Part shown: one piece after another, positions 40,328-50,419 of the stretch
Layout: every line of letters begins with the position of its first letter
How positions within the stretch are numbered: position 1 is the first letter of the stretch
Origin: Felis catus
Lineage: Eukaryota
Length of the DNA stretch: 64,000 bases
Reading direction: 5' to 3'
NCBI RefSeq assembly: GCF_018350175.1
Contig: NC_058368.1
Span: 149,236,001-149,300,000, forward strand
Notes under the pieces: generated by a model
Seen by the model: the letters and a program-made list of their open reading frames with translations, nothing else
What the model was told of the DNA's origin: nothing
Database searches by the model: none
Position numbers and translations under genes: made by a program

Positions 40328-40406
40328 CCATCTTGTCGCATTTTCTGTGGCCGCTCCCCATTTCCCATCTTCCCTTCCGGGTCTTACACACCGGAGAACA
40401 AGGTCG
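40328..40406 (+). promoter_or_regulatory. YY1-like (CCATCTT x2), ETS/GABP(NRF-2) and ERR-like motifs in the core promoter
   Basis: CCATCTTG at 40328-40335, CCATCTT at 40365-40371, CTTCCGG at 40374-40380 and CAAGGTCG at 40399-40406. These factor classes typically drive nuclear OXPHOS genes. Confidence 0.6.
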
Positions 40407-40488
40407 TGAAAAGAAGAGGACTTGGTTTGGTACTGTCCTTTGTATCGTCTAGGGGCTCTGCGCTTTTCGCAGAACTTCCAACAGCGCT

Positions 40489-40563
40489 ATGTTGGGACAG
40501 AGCATCCGGAGGTTCACAACCTCTGTGGTCCGTAGAAGCCACTATGAGGAGGGCCCAGGGAAG
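40489..40563 (+). CDS. COX7C: Cytochrome c oxidase subunit 7C, coding exon 1 ([25 protein letters not shown]; mitochondrial presequence plus start of mature chain)
   Basis: Manual translation from ATG 40489 gives the mammalian COX7C N-terminus. The 75 nt end in a phase-0 donor AAG|GTTAGT at 40564, inside a CpG island. Confidence 0.98.
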
Positions 40564-41549
40564 GTTAGTGTGTTAGGGGCCCCGTTTCGTTGGGGGAGGG
40601 GGCACTTAGCTGCGATTTGCTGAACTCCAAGGCCTCCCAAGGACCGTGGAGAGGGAGACCGTAAGCAGGAGAGGTGAGCTGGGGCGTCGGGTAGCGTTCA
40701 ACTTCCCCCAGGAACCAGGGGCAAAGCGCAGGACCCCGGTGCACGCCGTCGGCGGGTAAAGGAATGAATAGGAAGAGCCTTAGGCCCCACTTGGCCCTAG
40801 CGCTCCCCGCCGCGTCCTCCGAGATCTGGAGGGTCCCTGAGGCCAATGCTGCAGATATTTGTGGCTTAAAGCCGAACTAGAGGTCACCGGACTCGGAGTG
40901 AAGGTCGTCGGAGACAAAGGAGGATGTGAGGGCCTGTGGTTGTGGGTCGAGTCTAAGCTAGTTAACTAAATTAGAAGTATTAAATCTCTTTAGTTGAAGT
41001 TGGGTTTAGCGTCAAGTATCAATAGCTTAAGTCGAGTAGTTAGCAGTAACAATCTCCAGTGATCGAGGCCTAGTAGGAAAGGGCGGAAGAAGGGTTTTCG
41101 ATGGTAGCGCCGCTTGATTATGAAAAAGTCAGTCTTCGTAATTCAGTTAACTTTGCCGTGTGCCTTTACAAGGTGACTAGTTTCTAACAAATAGCAAACC
41201 AGAACAGTGCATTCTTTTTCTAAAACAGGTCCCCTGAAGAATAAATTTTTCGGCTTTTCTAAAGTAAAAAGGAAAACTTAACCAGTGTGATACACTGGAG
41301 TTAAGACCACTGCCTGTGCTCAGTAAAGCCAGTGCTTTTTTTTTTTTTTTTAAACCTTACAGTGTTGTCCTACATGAAGGTCATAGGATGTAAAACATAA
41401 TGTTTGAAATAGGATATTATATATGGCATACATAACCTGATTATGTAAAAAAAAAAAAAAAATACCTAACATCCCCTGTGTACGTCTATAATCTATAAAA
41501 TCAGATGATTCACTTTCATTTTTGTTGGTTCTCTTTTTTTCCCCAACAG

Positions 41550-41666
41550 AATTTGCCATTTTCAGTGGAAAACAAGTGGCGGTTACTTGTTATGATGACT
41601 ATGTACTTTGGATCTGGATTTGCTGCACCTTTTTTTATAGTAAGACACCAGCTGCTTAAGAAATAA
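41550..41666 (+). CDS. COX7C: COX7C coding exon 2 ([38 protein letters not shown]); the exon continues as UTR to 41693
   Basis: Polypyrimidine tract and CAG acceptor at 41547-41549, in frame with exon 1. TAA is at 41664-41666, giving 63 aa with one TM helix. Donor CAG|GTAATT at 41694. Confidence 0.98.
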   Translation, partial: NLPFSVENKWRLLVMMTMYFGSGFAAPFFIVRHQLLKK

Positions 41667-42329
41667 GGATGTTTTAATTAATCCATTAAACAGGTAATTA
41701 ATGGATTTCTAATCTTAAAACATTGTTTTTCCTTATATTTCTCCCCCCCCCCCCCCCCATCACACCCACACAGTGTGTAGGGCTGATTTCTGAAGTTAGT
41801 GTAGATGTGGCCTTGGTGGAGACACTTTGGTGAACCAATAAACAAACGTTTCTTTGCCTGAAAGCCAGTGTATATTGGATACTACTGTTTGTCAGGCACA
41901 CTTTACATTAATGTCATCTAGTTACACCTAGCAAGCCTCTGAAGTTGGGTGACTTCACCTGGCCTAAGACACAAAGATGTTAAGTTGACTCATATCCATT
42001 AACTGGTGATGGTTAACCAGGATTTTTAGCCAGTCTTGTTTCAGTTCACACACTTAACCAGGTAGAGTTCTGATAGACTAATTAACGTTAGGGCAACACA
42101 TGTTTGTGCATACCCCAATCAGTCTTACCTGCTAGAAGATTAACAGATTGTTTGCGTGAGAAGAAAAGATTTATTTAATTGTAATCAGAATTTGCCTCAA
42201 AGCAACATTTTGGGAAGATCTGTGGAATGATTGGAATAAATTCCAAAACTATCCTTTGGAAAGAAAAGACTCTATTCTTCAAAATATACAAGGGAAGTTC
42301 TTTATCCAAGTGATGCATAATGGAAAGAT

Positions 42330-42401
42330 TTTGGTGCATATGATGAAGCAAATCAGTATGAATAAAGTCATGATACTGTAAACGCTTTCTGATGTACCAA
42401 A
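42330..42401 (+). ncRNA. SNORD138: Intronic box C/D snoRNA (SNORD138 / former miR-3607 orthologue)
   Basis: Box C ATGATGA at 42340-42346 and box D CTGA at 42389-42392. A 9-bp terminal stem forms from TTTGGTGCA (42330-42338) and TGTACCAAA (42393-42401), with one G-U pair. Internal stem CAGTAT (42354-42359)/ATACTG (42373-42378). It is sense in COX7C intron 2, about 100 nt upstream of the acceptor. The name rests on recalled similarity to the human miR-3607 hairpin. Confidence 0.88.
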
Positions 42402-42495
42402 CTGATGGACAGACAATATGTGTATGAAAGTACATGGTTTCTGTTTTAATAGGTGAGACGTTTTAAATACCAATATATATTTTTTTTATTTGCAG

Positions 42496-42605
42496 GTGTG
42501 AAAAGGAGCATTTTAAGAGGTGCAGTCTCTTTGAAAAATGGATCCAACTCTTGAATTCAACATACTCAATATGTTTGTAAATAAACTTATGGCATGAATC
42601 CTTAA
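42496..42605 (+). other. COX7C: COX7C non-coding exon 3 (3' UTR)
   Basis: T-rich tract and TGCAG acceptor ending at 42495. The sequence gagcattttaagaggtgcag...aataaacttatg resembles the mammalian COX7C 3' UTR as recalled. The 3' end is approximate. Confidence 0.85.
42580..42585 (+). terminator. Polyadenylation signal AATAAA of COX7C
   Basis: Canonical hexamer about 85 nt into exon 3, with U/GU-rich sequence downstream. Confidence 0.85.
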
Positions 42606-43398
42606 TGCCTCTTCTCTGAAACCTGGAATGTAATAATTGTGCTGACTTTTTATTTAGGAAATGTTCTAGTATTTGTTTGCTCAAAATATGTGTAAATTTA
42701 GCCTATTTCTTGGTTTTAAATTTTGAGATTTAATTTTTGATTACTAGGTCAGGACCTTGTTGGTAATTTATGTTATATAACATGCAAACTTGACTTTGTT
42801 GTCCCAGAATAATTTTTTTTAAATTGAAAAAGAGGAAGAAGTGTACATTTAGTCTTTACTTGAAGCAGTAAAGTTGTTTTTCTTCATGAGTGACAATTAA
42901 TCATGAGGAAAACCAATAGTGAGTGTATAGAGTGAAGTCCAAGAGCTTTTTTCCCTCCAGGCTTGTGATCTAAAACTAAATTTTTTGCCTTGATAAATTT
43001 GCTATTGACCAATACTAGTTTTGTTTAGACTGAATAAAAGTAGAATATTTGAAATGAAATGTAATAGCATGCAAGATAAAACATAGAAATACTCCCAAGT
43101 TTATTCTTGAACTTGAGTAGACATGGACTAAAAGATGCCTCTGAAGAGTAATTGTGTCCGTGAATCAAATTTATGTTATGGATGGTAAAATGCTGTTAGC
43201 TACTTAAAATATAATGACATAGTTCCTAGAGCTTTGAACTGGGGCAGGAAAAAGGTAGTTGCTGAATGTTTTAATCCTAGTTTAGTCACTTTTGGAATAC
43301 CACTTGTATTAGAATGCCATAAAATAGAGGTTGTAAACTAGTGGTGTATTTGAGCTCTAGACTTTGGTGATTGGGGGGCTATGTTTGTTTTTTTGGGT

Positions 43399-43602
43399 TT
43401 TTTTTTTAACGTTTATTTATTATTGAGAGAGAGACACTGAGCATGAGCAGGGGAGGGGTAGAGAGAGGGCAAGACACAGAATCTGATGTAGGCTCCAGGC
43501 TGGGAGCTGTCAGCCCAGAGCCCAGTGCAGGGCTCGAACTCACAAACTGTGAGATCATGACCTGAGCCGAAGTCAGTCGCCTGACCAACTGAGCCACCCA
43601 GG
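43399..43602 (-). mobile_element. CAN-SINE about 0.8 kb downstream of COX7C
   Basis: Typical reverse body with flanking repeat ttgggggcta(t). Confidence 0.92.
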
Positions 43603-44389
43603 TTGGGGGGCTATAGTTTTTAAAGCAGTGTTTAAAAACTAGAATAATTACAAGAAAGTCTCTGTGGATTCTTAAAAAATTGCTGTGGGTGGTTCTACAT
43701 TTCTTCATGGAACAAAAGAGCTGCCTCACCATAACATTAGAGTTCCTGTATACCCCTAATGTTAAACTACTAATTTGCTGGAGCTCTAAAAACACACTTC
43801 TCAGTTTATGTGACAGGGCCTATCTTTACACTAGCTACATAACAACCATTTAAATATAGATACAATTAAATCTTTATGACTTTGCCTGGCTTATTCCCTG
43901 TACTTGCATGTCATTGTCCTTTTGTTTTTTTGTTTTTGTTTTTGATTATCCATTAATGAATCAGATGTCTTCCTGCGTTTTTGTAACATTACGGCTTTCT
44001 ATCTTTGGGAAAGTAGGAAGTTTAAGGTTCATAAATTGATTTCAAATTCTTGGTTCAGATCTGTGCCATTAAATTACAAATTTAGCTGTCTTCATTTTTT
44101 TGGAGGATCTAGGAATAGTGTATATCTTGTATTTTGAGATTCAATAACTATATAAAAACATTTTAATTTCTGGCAAGTCCTAAATGATTTTTTTCTGATG
44201 TAAAATATAAATCAGACTTTACTTACTATTGATTGGACAGCAGAGTCTAGGTAGATAACATCTGATTTATTATATTTGTCTTCCTAAGTTACAGTATTTG
44301 AGGATTTTACATGAATGAGGGAAAAACCTACTTTGCCCATCCTGGGAGAGGAGCACAGATTGCCCCGTCATAAAAAGGCTTCATTCAGC

Positions 44390-44968
44390 AGCTATACTGA
44401 GTAGTAGTATACTCAGAAAACACCAAATGGGATATGTATGTAGAAAGATTTGTTTTAAGAAACTGGGTCATGTGATTGTGGAGGCTTGACAGGTCCAAAC
44501 TCTGGTGGGTAGCGCTGAAGGCTGGAGATCCAGAGAAAAGTTGCTTTTCCAGTCCAAATGTATCTTGGCAGAATTTCCTCTTCCAGGGGGTACCTGGCTA
44601 GCTCAGGGCATGAGACTCTTGATCTTAGGGTTGTAAATTGGAGCCCCACAAGATGTGAAGCAGGCTCTGAACTGATAGCAACAAGCCTGATGCAGGGCTT
44701 ACACTCAAGAACTGTGAGATCACGACCTAAGCCAAAGTCAGATGATCAACCAACTGAGCCACCCAGGTACCCCTGTCTTTTTTTTTTTATTAAGGTCTCC
44801 TACTGATTGGATGAGGCTAACCCACATTATGGAGAATAATCAAGCTTTAATGAAACTTATTCAATTTAAATGTTAATCTCCAAAAAACACCACACATATC
44901 CAGAATAATGTTTGACCAAATACCTGGACACATGGCTCAGTCAAGATGACACATAACCATGACCATTT
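44390..44968. mobile_element. ERVL LTR (MLT2-like) interrupted by SINE fragments
   Basis: gattgtggaggct...gtccaaa...ggctggaga...gcagaatttcctctt and actgattggatgaggc...cccacattatggaga...ccagaataatgtttgaccaaata motifs. Confidence 0.75.
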
Positions 44969-45743
44969 CATATATAAGAATATGCTTCCATCTACCATAT
45001 TTTAAAGTACTGGCTTGGCTTTTTTTGAAAAACCACCACAGAATGTTTTTGGTTTTTTTCTTCTTTTTTCCCCTAAACTGTCTTTTCAAAATTCAAGCCA
45101 ACACTTAAAACTATAAGAGTCTCATAAAAATCCAGATTCTTTTGGAAAACTTAAACTGGAAGGACTCATACACGCATGTCTGAAACTAAGCTAGGCAAAG
45201 TACCCCACAGGGATGCTTCCTTGACTACAGAATACCTGATTAGGGATGTTGCAAGGGGCCAAAACCCAGCCATTTGCTTTTAAGAAAACTATTATTGTTT
45301 CCATAATTAAGCTTTGGCTACCCCAAAGCAGGAAAAAAAAAAAAAAAAAAAAAAAAAACTTGCTACAGAGGCAGAACAAACGCAGTTAATACAGGTTTAG
45401 GACTTAAGATGCTTGGATTCAAAACCAGGCTTGATCGTATATTGTCTTCAAGAGACTGCCTCACTTCCTGTTACATCTATTTAGTTTCAAAGATTAGAAA
45501 TGGAAATAGGTCTTATTTAGGCAAATTTCTTTAAGTGCCTAATGTGGACTGTTTAACTGAAAAACAGGTGAGGTAGAGGAAACACATTATTTAAGTTGTT
45601 CTAGTTGATCCCACAGCCTTTCTACAGTTGTGGGTTGGTATTTTCAGTTACTCCAGCTACAGTTCTAAGTATCCAGCTGATCGTTTAATCTTACCGTGTC
45701 CAAAAATGCCTGAGAGCATGTTAGTAAAATCAAGTCTGATCTT

Positions 45744-45970
45744 TTTTTTTTTTAATTTTTTTTTTTAACGTTTTATTTATTTTTGAGACAGAGAGAGACA
45801 GAGCATGAACGGGGGAGGGGCAGAGAGAGAGGGAGACACAGAATCCGAAGCAGGCTCCAGGCTCTGAGCCCTCAGCCCAGAGCCCGACACAGGGCTCGAA
45901 CTCAACGACCACGAGATCGTGACCTGAACTGAAGTCGGCCGCTTAACCAACTGAGCCACCCAGGCGCCCC
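45744..45970 (-). mobile_element. Young CAN-SINE
   Basis: CpG-rich body with perfect TSD aagtctgatctt (45732-45743 / 45971-45982). Confidence 0.95.
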
Positions 45971-46841
45971 AAGTCTGATCTTATAGTAAGCTGTCACCAT
46001 CAGTAAAATGCCAGCTCCACAATGGTATGTCATTCAGTCATTTCCCTACAGTTTCATTATCATCCTAGCTATATAGCTCCAGTTTTATGTACCTCCTCCA
46101 AATCTTGTTAGCTCAGGTGCCACATTTTCCTGATGATTCCTCCCCAATATCCCAAACACATTACACATAAGTCTCCAACACTTTGTAAACAGCTTTCCAA
46201 TCAGCTCAGCATGTAGTGTAATTACTGATTTCCTTCCCTGTCTCTCATACCAGCGTATATTTCTGAGACCAGGGAGACTTACTTATTCATGTGTCCTGCA
46301 TGTATAATTTAGTGAGTGGTCAATGAACATTTATTGAGTAGAAACCAAGAATGATAAAACTACTTAAAAAGAGCAAATCCCAGGCCTAATCTGCACGCCA
46401 AAATAGTGTATGTCTCCATGTTTTCTAGATAAAAAAGTTTTTCCCCAAAGACTCACTGAATTGGTTTCTCCAACCAAATGTATATTGAAGTAATCCAGTT
46501 ACTGCAGACTCAATGAAAGGAGTTTGTGCCAAAATGTAACTGAGCTACGTCCCTGCCCACACTGTTTAGTCCATCTGATACTTTTTGTAGACAAACTTTG
46601 ATGAAAAGGCAATAGCTGTGGATCTTGTTTGAGACTAGTATTTTGAGAAACACTGATGTAAAGAATTAGGGAATGCATAGTTTCACCTAACAAGGAATAG
46701 AGCCCAGTGGACTTAAAGGCCTTCTATCTTACTCAACCTGTTGTTCGTAACGTCTTGCTTTGTTTGTCATATGATGGCTGCCATAGTTCCAAGCATCCCA
46801 CACAGATTTGACAATATCCAGCAAGAAAAATTACTGTTTCA

Positions 46842-47043
46842 AGTTTTTAATTTCAAGTGGGAGAGAGCGAGCACAAGCAGGGCAGGGGCAGAGAGAGAGA
46901 GAGAGAAAGAATCCCAAGCAGGCTCCATGCTGTCAGTGCTGAGCCCAGAATGTGGCTGGATTCCACGAACTGAACCATAAGATCATGACCTGAGGTGAAA
47001 TCAAGAGTCAGTTGTTTAACCCATGGAGCCACCGAGGCACCCC
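46842..47043 (-). mobile_element. CAN-SINE
   Basis: Reverse body and head ...gagccaccgaggcacccc, with flanking ctgttt. Confidence 0.88.
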
Positions 47044-47311
47044 TGTTTGAACTTATTTTTAAGTGTGAAGAAAGATTGCCTAGAAATCCATTCCTCATTG
47101 GTCACAAGGGTCATATATTCATTTCTAAATACAACACTAGCAAGGGGAATGGCTGGTACCACAGTGATTAGATTTGAGCAATTAAGATTTCTCCCAGGTC
47201 TTCTATGGGAAGAGTGGGCACTGAAACAAATCTGTTTTCTACTGGAAAGGGAAAAGAAAGTGGCTTTTGGTGTGTGAAAGACAGTGCCTGCTGCAGCTAG
47301 TCTGTGTAGTA

Positions 47312-47793
47312 CAGACGGCTCTCAACTTATGATGGTTTGACTTAAGGTGTTCAAACTGTCATGGTGAAAGCTGATATAAATTCAGTAGAAACTAGAATAC
47401 TTGAGTTTTGAATTTTGATCTTTTCCCAGGCTAACAATAAGCAGTAGGATCCTCTCCTGTGATGCTGCACAGCAGCAGAGAGCCACTATTTCCTGTCAGC
47501 CACAGGATCACCAGGGTAAACAACAGGGTTAACAAATATTCTGTTTTTCACTTTCAATACAGTTTTCAATAAACTACCTGAGATACTCATTTTATTTATT
47601 TATTAGAAAAAAAGGCTTTGTGCTAAATGATTCTGCCCAATGTAGGCTAATGCAAGCGTACCTTGTTTAAGGTAGGCTAGGCTAAGCTATTTCCGCAAGT
47701 TAGGTTTATTAAATGCATTTTCAACTAAATGATACTTTCTACTTAGATTGGGTTTAGCAAGATGTAACCACTTCATAAGTCAAGGAAGATCTG
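47312..47793 (-). mobile_element. MER47/Tigger5-type TcMar DNA transposon remnant
   Basis: TA|CAGACGG...ACTTATGA and TCATAAGTC...ATCTG inverted ends, with internal aggtaggctaggctaagctat...attaaatgcattttcaact. Confidence 0.8.
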
Positions 47794-49876
47794 TGTACTG
47801 AAAAGAGGAAACCAAATGTCAAAATGTAATAAGCCTTTTATTTTAGTGTATCCAATAAATGAAGGTCTTTAGATTATAACCAGAATAAACTGTTATGGAA
47901 GAGAGGAGAAATAGTATTGTGGGTTATTTTTTTTTTCTTCTTTTGAATAGAAAATAAATAATTTTTCTATAGTAAATAGTGGAATATTTTACATGATTTA
48001 TACTCTGTATCAAAATTTTTTAAAAAATTTATCCATTATGAAATAATATTTTGTTCTTCCAGCTATTAACATGTTACAGATCAAAAGGAAGATAGCCACT
48101 TTCTATGTATTTAACATTGATACCGTGAAGATTTTTTAGTGAACATATAATTCAAATAATTTATACTTGATTTTGGACAGACTTCTTGAACTCATATTTG
48201 AATATGGGTACAAGCTGTTTGGGTCTTTTCCTAACCTGGTATAATAGGCATTAGGGTTTTTCACAAGTCTGCCAGTTCTTCTATGTGCATGCCAGGATCG
48301 AACTCTGTCTCCTTTGCTTTAACAAATGAAAATATGATCAGAAGTGATGTGTTACTTCTTCATGGAAGCTTACAGAAGACAGTGTACCCCTTACTTGTAC
48401 TGCAGGAATACAGCCTCCATCAGCCTGGATCCCTGAGAGACTAGTGAGTACAGCCACTTGTCCAATGTATAGATTGAGCAAGAAATTGTCATTATTTTAA
48501 ATTAGGATTATTACTATAGAAAAACTTGGCCTTCCCTCAATGAAATACTTGTATACTCCATAGGATCGTGAAAAAGATTACTTCCCTATATCTCTGTCCC
48601 ATTGTAGAATTCCATGTCAACTCGATGACTTTCTAAGGACTCTTCTAATTTAAAATGAATTGTGTCTACAATTACAAATATGGGTACCACTCAAAAACTG
48701 CAATAATAAGTAAAAATCTCTTCTGCATCCCCAAATGTGGACTGGGGCCAGAATGATGGAGGTAAATAGCTTTTGGCTTTTAAAATAATTTTTTGAGATG
48801 CAGTTTTGAGTAACTACCAACTAGGCATTTCCACCTTATCTCTCATTTTGTTGGACCTCACTTACCCATTGGACACCTATGTAAAAATCAGAAAATTGAA
48901 TCTCTTCTAGGTGGACACAGCATCATACCAGAGCACTTTTGCTCCCTTGTCTAGTTGTCTTCATTCTACTTTGTACATTGGCAAACAGTACAACTCTACG
49001 TAGTATTCCTTGCAAAGTCATCTCAAATTTGAATTTTTCAGATTATTCCTACTAAAATTTACTGCCCTATCCCAAATTTATCAGATATGACAAAAGGCAG
49101 ATACCTGATAACTGTTGAGTAATTATTCAGTATCTTAATAGAGCTCTATATCCTTTAGAATAAGCTTTGTGTGTTTTCTTTGGTGGATTTCAAAACTTAT
49201 ACTATGCTTGGTAAATATTAAGCTTTTAACAGATATATTTAGATATATGGAGGTAGGATGAATACTAATTGGATTTAATAGCATTTCCAAGTATATGAGG
49301 AGCCAGTCTAGGAAATTGTCTCCTGATGCCTAGTAACAGAAGATGATCTCTTAAATATCTTAACCCTGATTTGTTCTAATTAATATTATCAAAAAAATTT
49401 TCCATACCTTACCTTCTAAGAGCGTTTCTCACTATCTATAAACGTAGTGAGAAATCTCTATCCATGATCAATCTCTCATGCTAACTACCAAAACCCATCA
49501 CATGTTCCCCAGACAGTATACATTAAGTTGAGCCATATAAAATTACCAATTTTTCCAGATTTTGATCTAGAAGATGGCAATTTCTGAGGTTCAATGGTCA
49601 TAGTTTCCCTTTTCAGCTACAGGAACACTCATGGAGTTTCTTCCCTCCATATATGTAATGGAAACCATAGATTTTCCCACCACTACAAATTACGTGCGTT
49701 GTATGCATGCAGTGTAGCAGAACTGAAACTGTTTAACCTGGGTATCATTATTTTATTACCAATTAAAAAAATAAGATAATCTAGAATTCTCAAATGTTTT
49801 TACCCTAACAGCCTGAGCTTTGGGGGACATTGCTCTCATTTACAGTACAAAAAGTACTTTCTCATGCACACAGTAG

Positions 49877-50274
49877 TGATGTGTTGTGGGCCAGGAGCAA
49901 ATGGTCAAGAACGAATTCTTGAGACATTTTGCGTGCAAGAAAGGAAATTTTTATTAAAGCACAGGGACAGGAACCATGGGTAGAAAGCCCTGTACTGTGA
50001 TTGTGAGGAGTGATTGATTATATACTCTTAAATGGAGAGGTAGAGATAATTTCTAAAGGGCTTTTCATATGTTAAAGAAGATTTACAGGATTCTAGAGAT
50101 TTGGCTGTTGTCAAGCTAAGGTTGTTTTTTGCCTCTAGCAAAGCATTAATGTTAAGGCAGTTGTGAGTTCCTGAGGAATGTCACTCTGCTTGTCTCAGGT
50201 GTTTATCAGTGGGCTGCAAGTTGTAAGAAAATTTAATTTTATCTACATTTCTTTTGCCTTTGTTCTCCTCATCT
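49877..50274 (-). mobile_element. ERV1-type solo LTR (about 400 bp)
   Basis: 4-bp TSD GTAG (49873-49876 / 50275-50278). It begins TGATG and ends TCT (terminal CA mutated). Minus-strand AATAAA lies near 49950, and the R/U5 is similar to the LTR at 54436. Confidence 0.75.
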
Positions 50275-50419
50275 GTAGGATGAGTTTATAGCAAGAATCT
50301 GGCTTGCAATTTTTTCCCTTATGGGATTTAATGTGAATTGTCTGAAAAAATTCTGTGGATTTTAGAAAGGGAATTATAAATATTTCTGTTACCACAGGAA
50401 AAAAAAAAAAAGGTACTTC

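Larger units (their letters stand above)
40040..40960. promoter_or_regulatory. CpG island / TATA-less COX7C promoter spanning exon 1
   Basis: Sharp local rise in GC and CpG content in an otherwise AT-rich, CpG-depleted window. Boundaries are approximate. Confidence 0.9.

Noticed and set aside
40157..40576. 139-aa ORF overlapping the COX7C promoter and exon 1
   Set aside because: It starts at a non-ATG codon, is out of frame with COX7C, resembles no protein I recognise, and such ORFs are expected in a GC-rich island.
40489..41666. COX7C processed pseudogene
   Set aside because: Introns with canonical splice sites, an intact ORF and a CpG-island promoter mark this as the parent gene.
42186..42196. 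CAGAATTTGCC, identical to the exon 2 acceptor junction (41547-41557)
   Set aside because: Similarity stops after 11 nt and there is no polypyrimidine tract, so it is likely chance.
42330..42401. Interpretation as a microRNA precursor
   Set aside because: The terminal C and D boxes, short closing stem and intronic position fit a snoRNA. There is no long, continuous Drosha-type stem.
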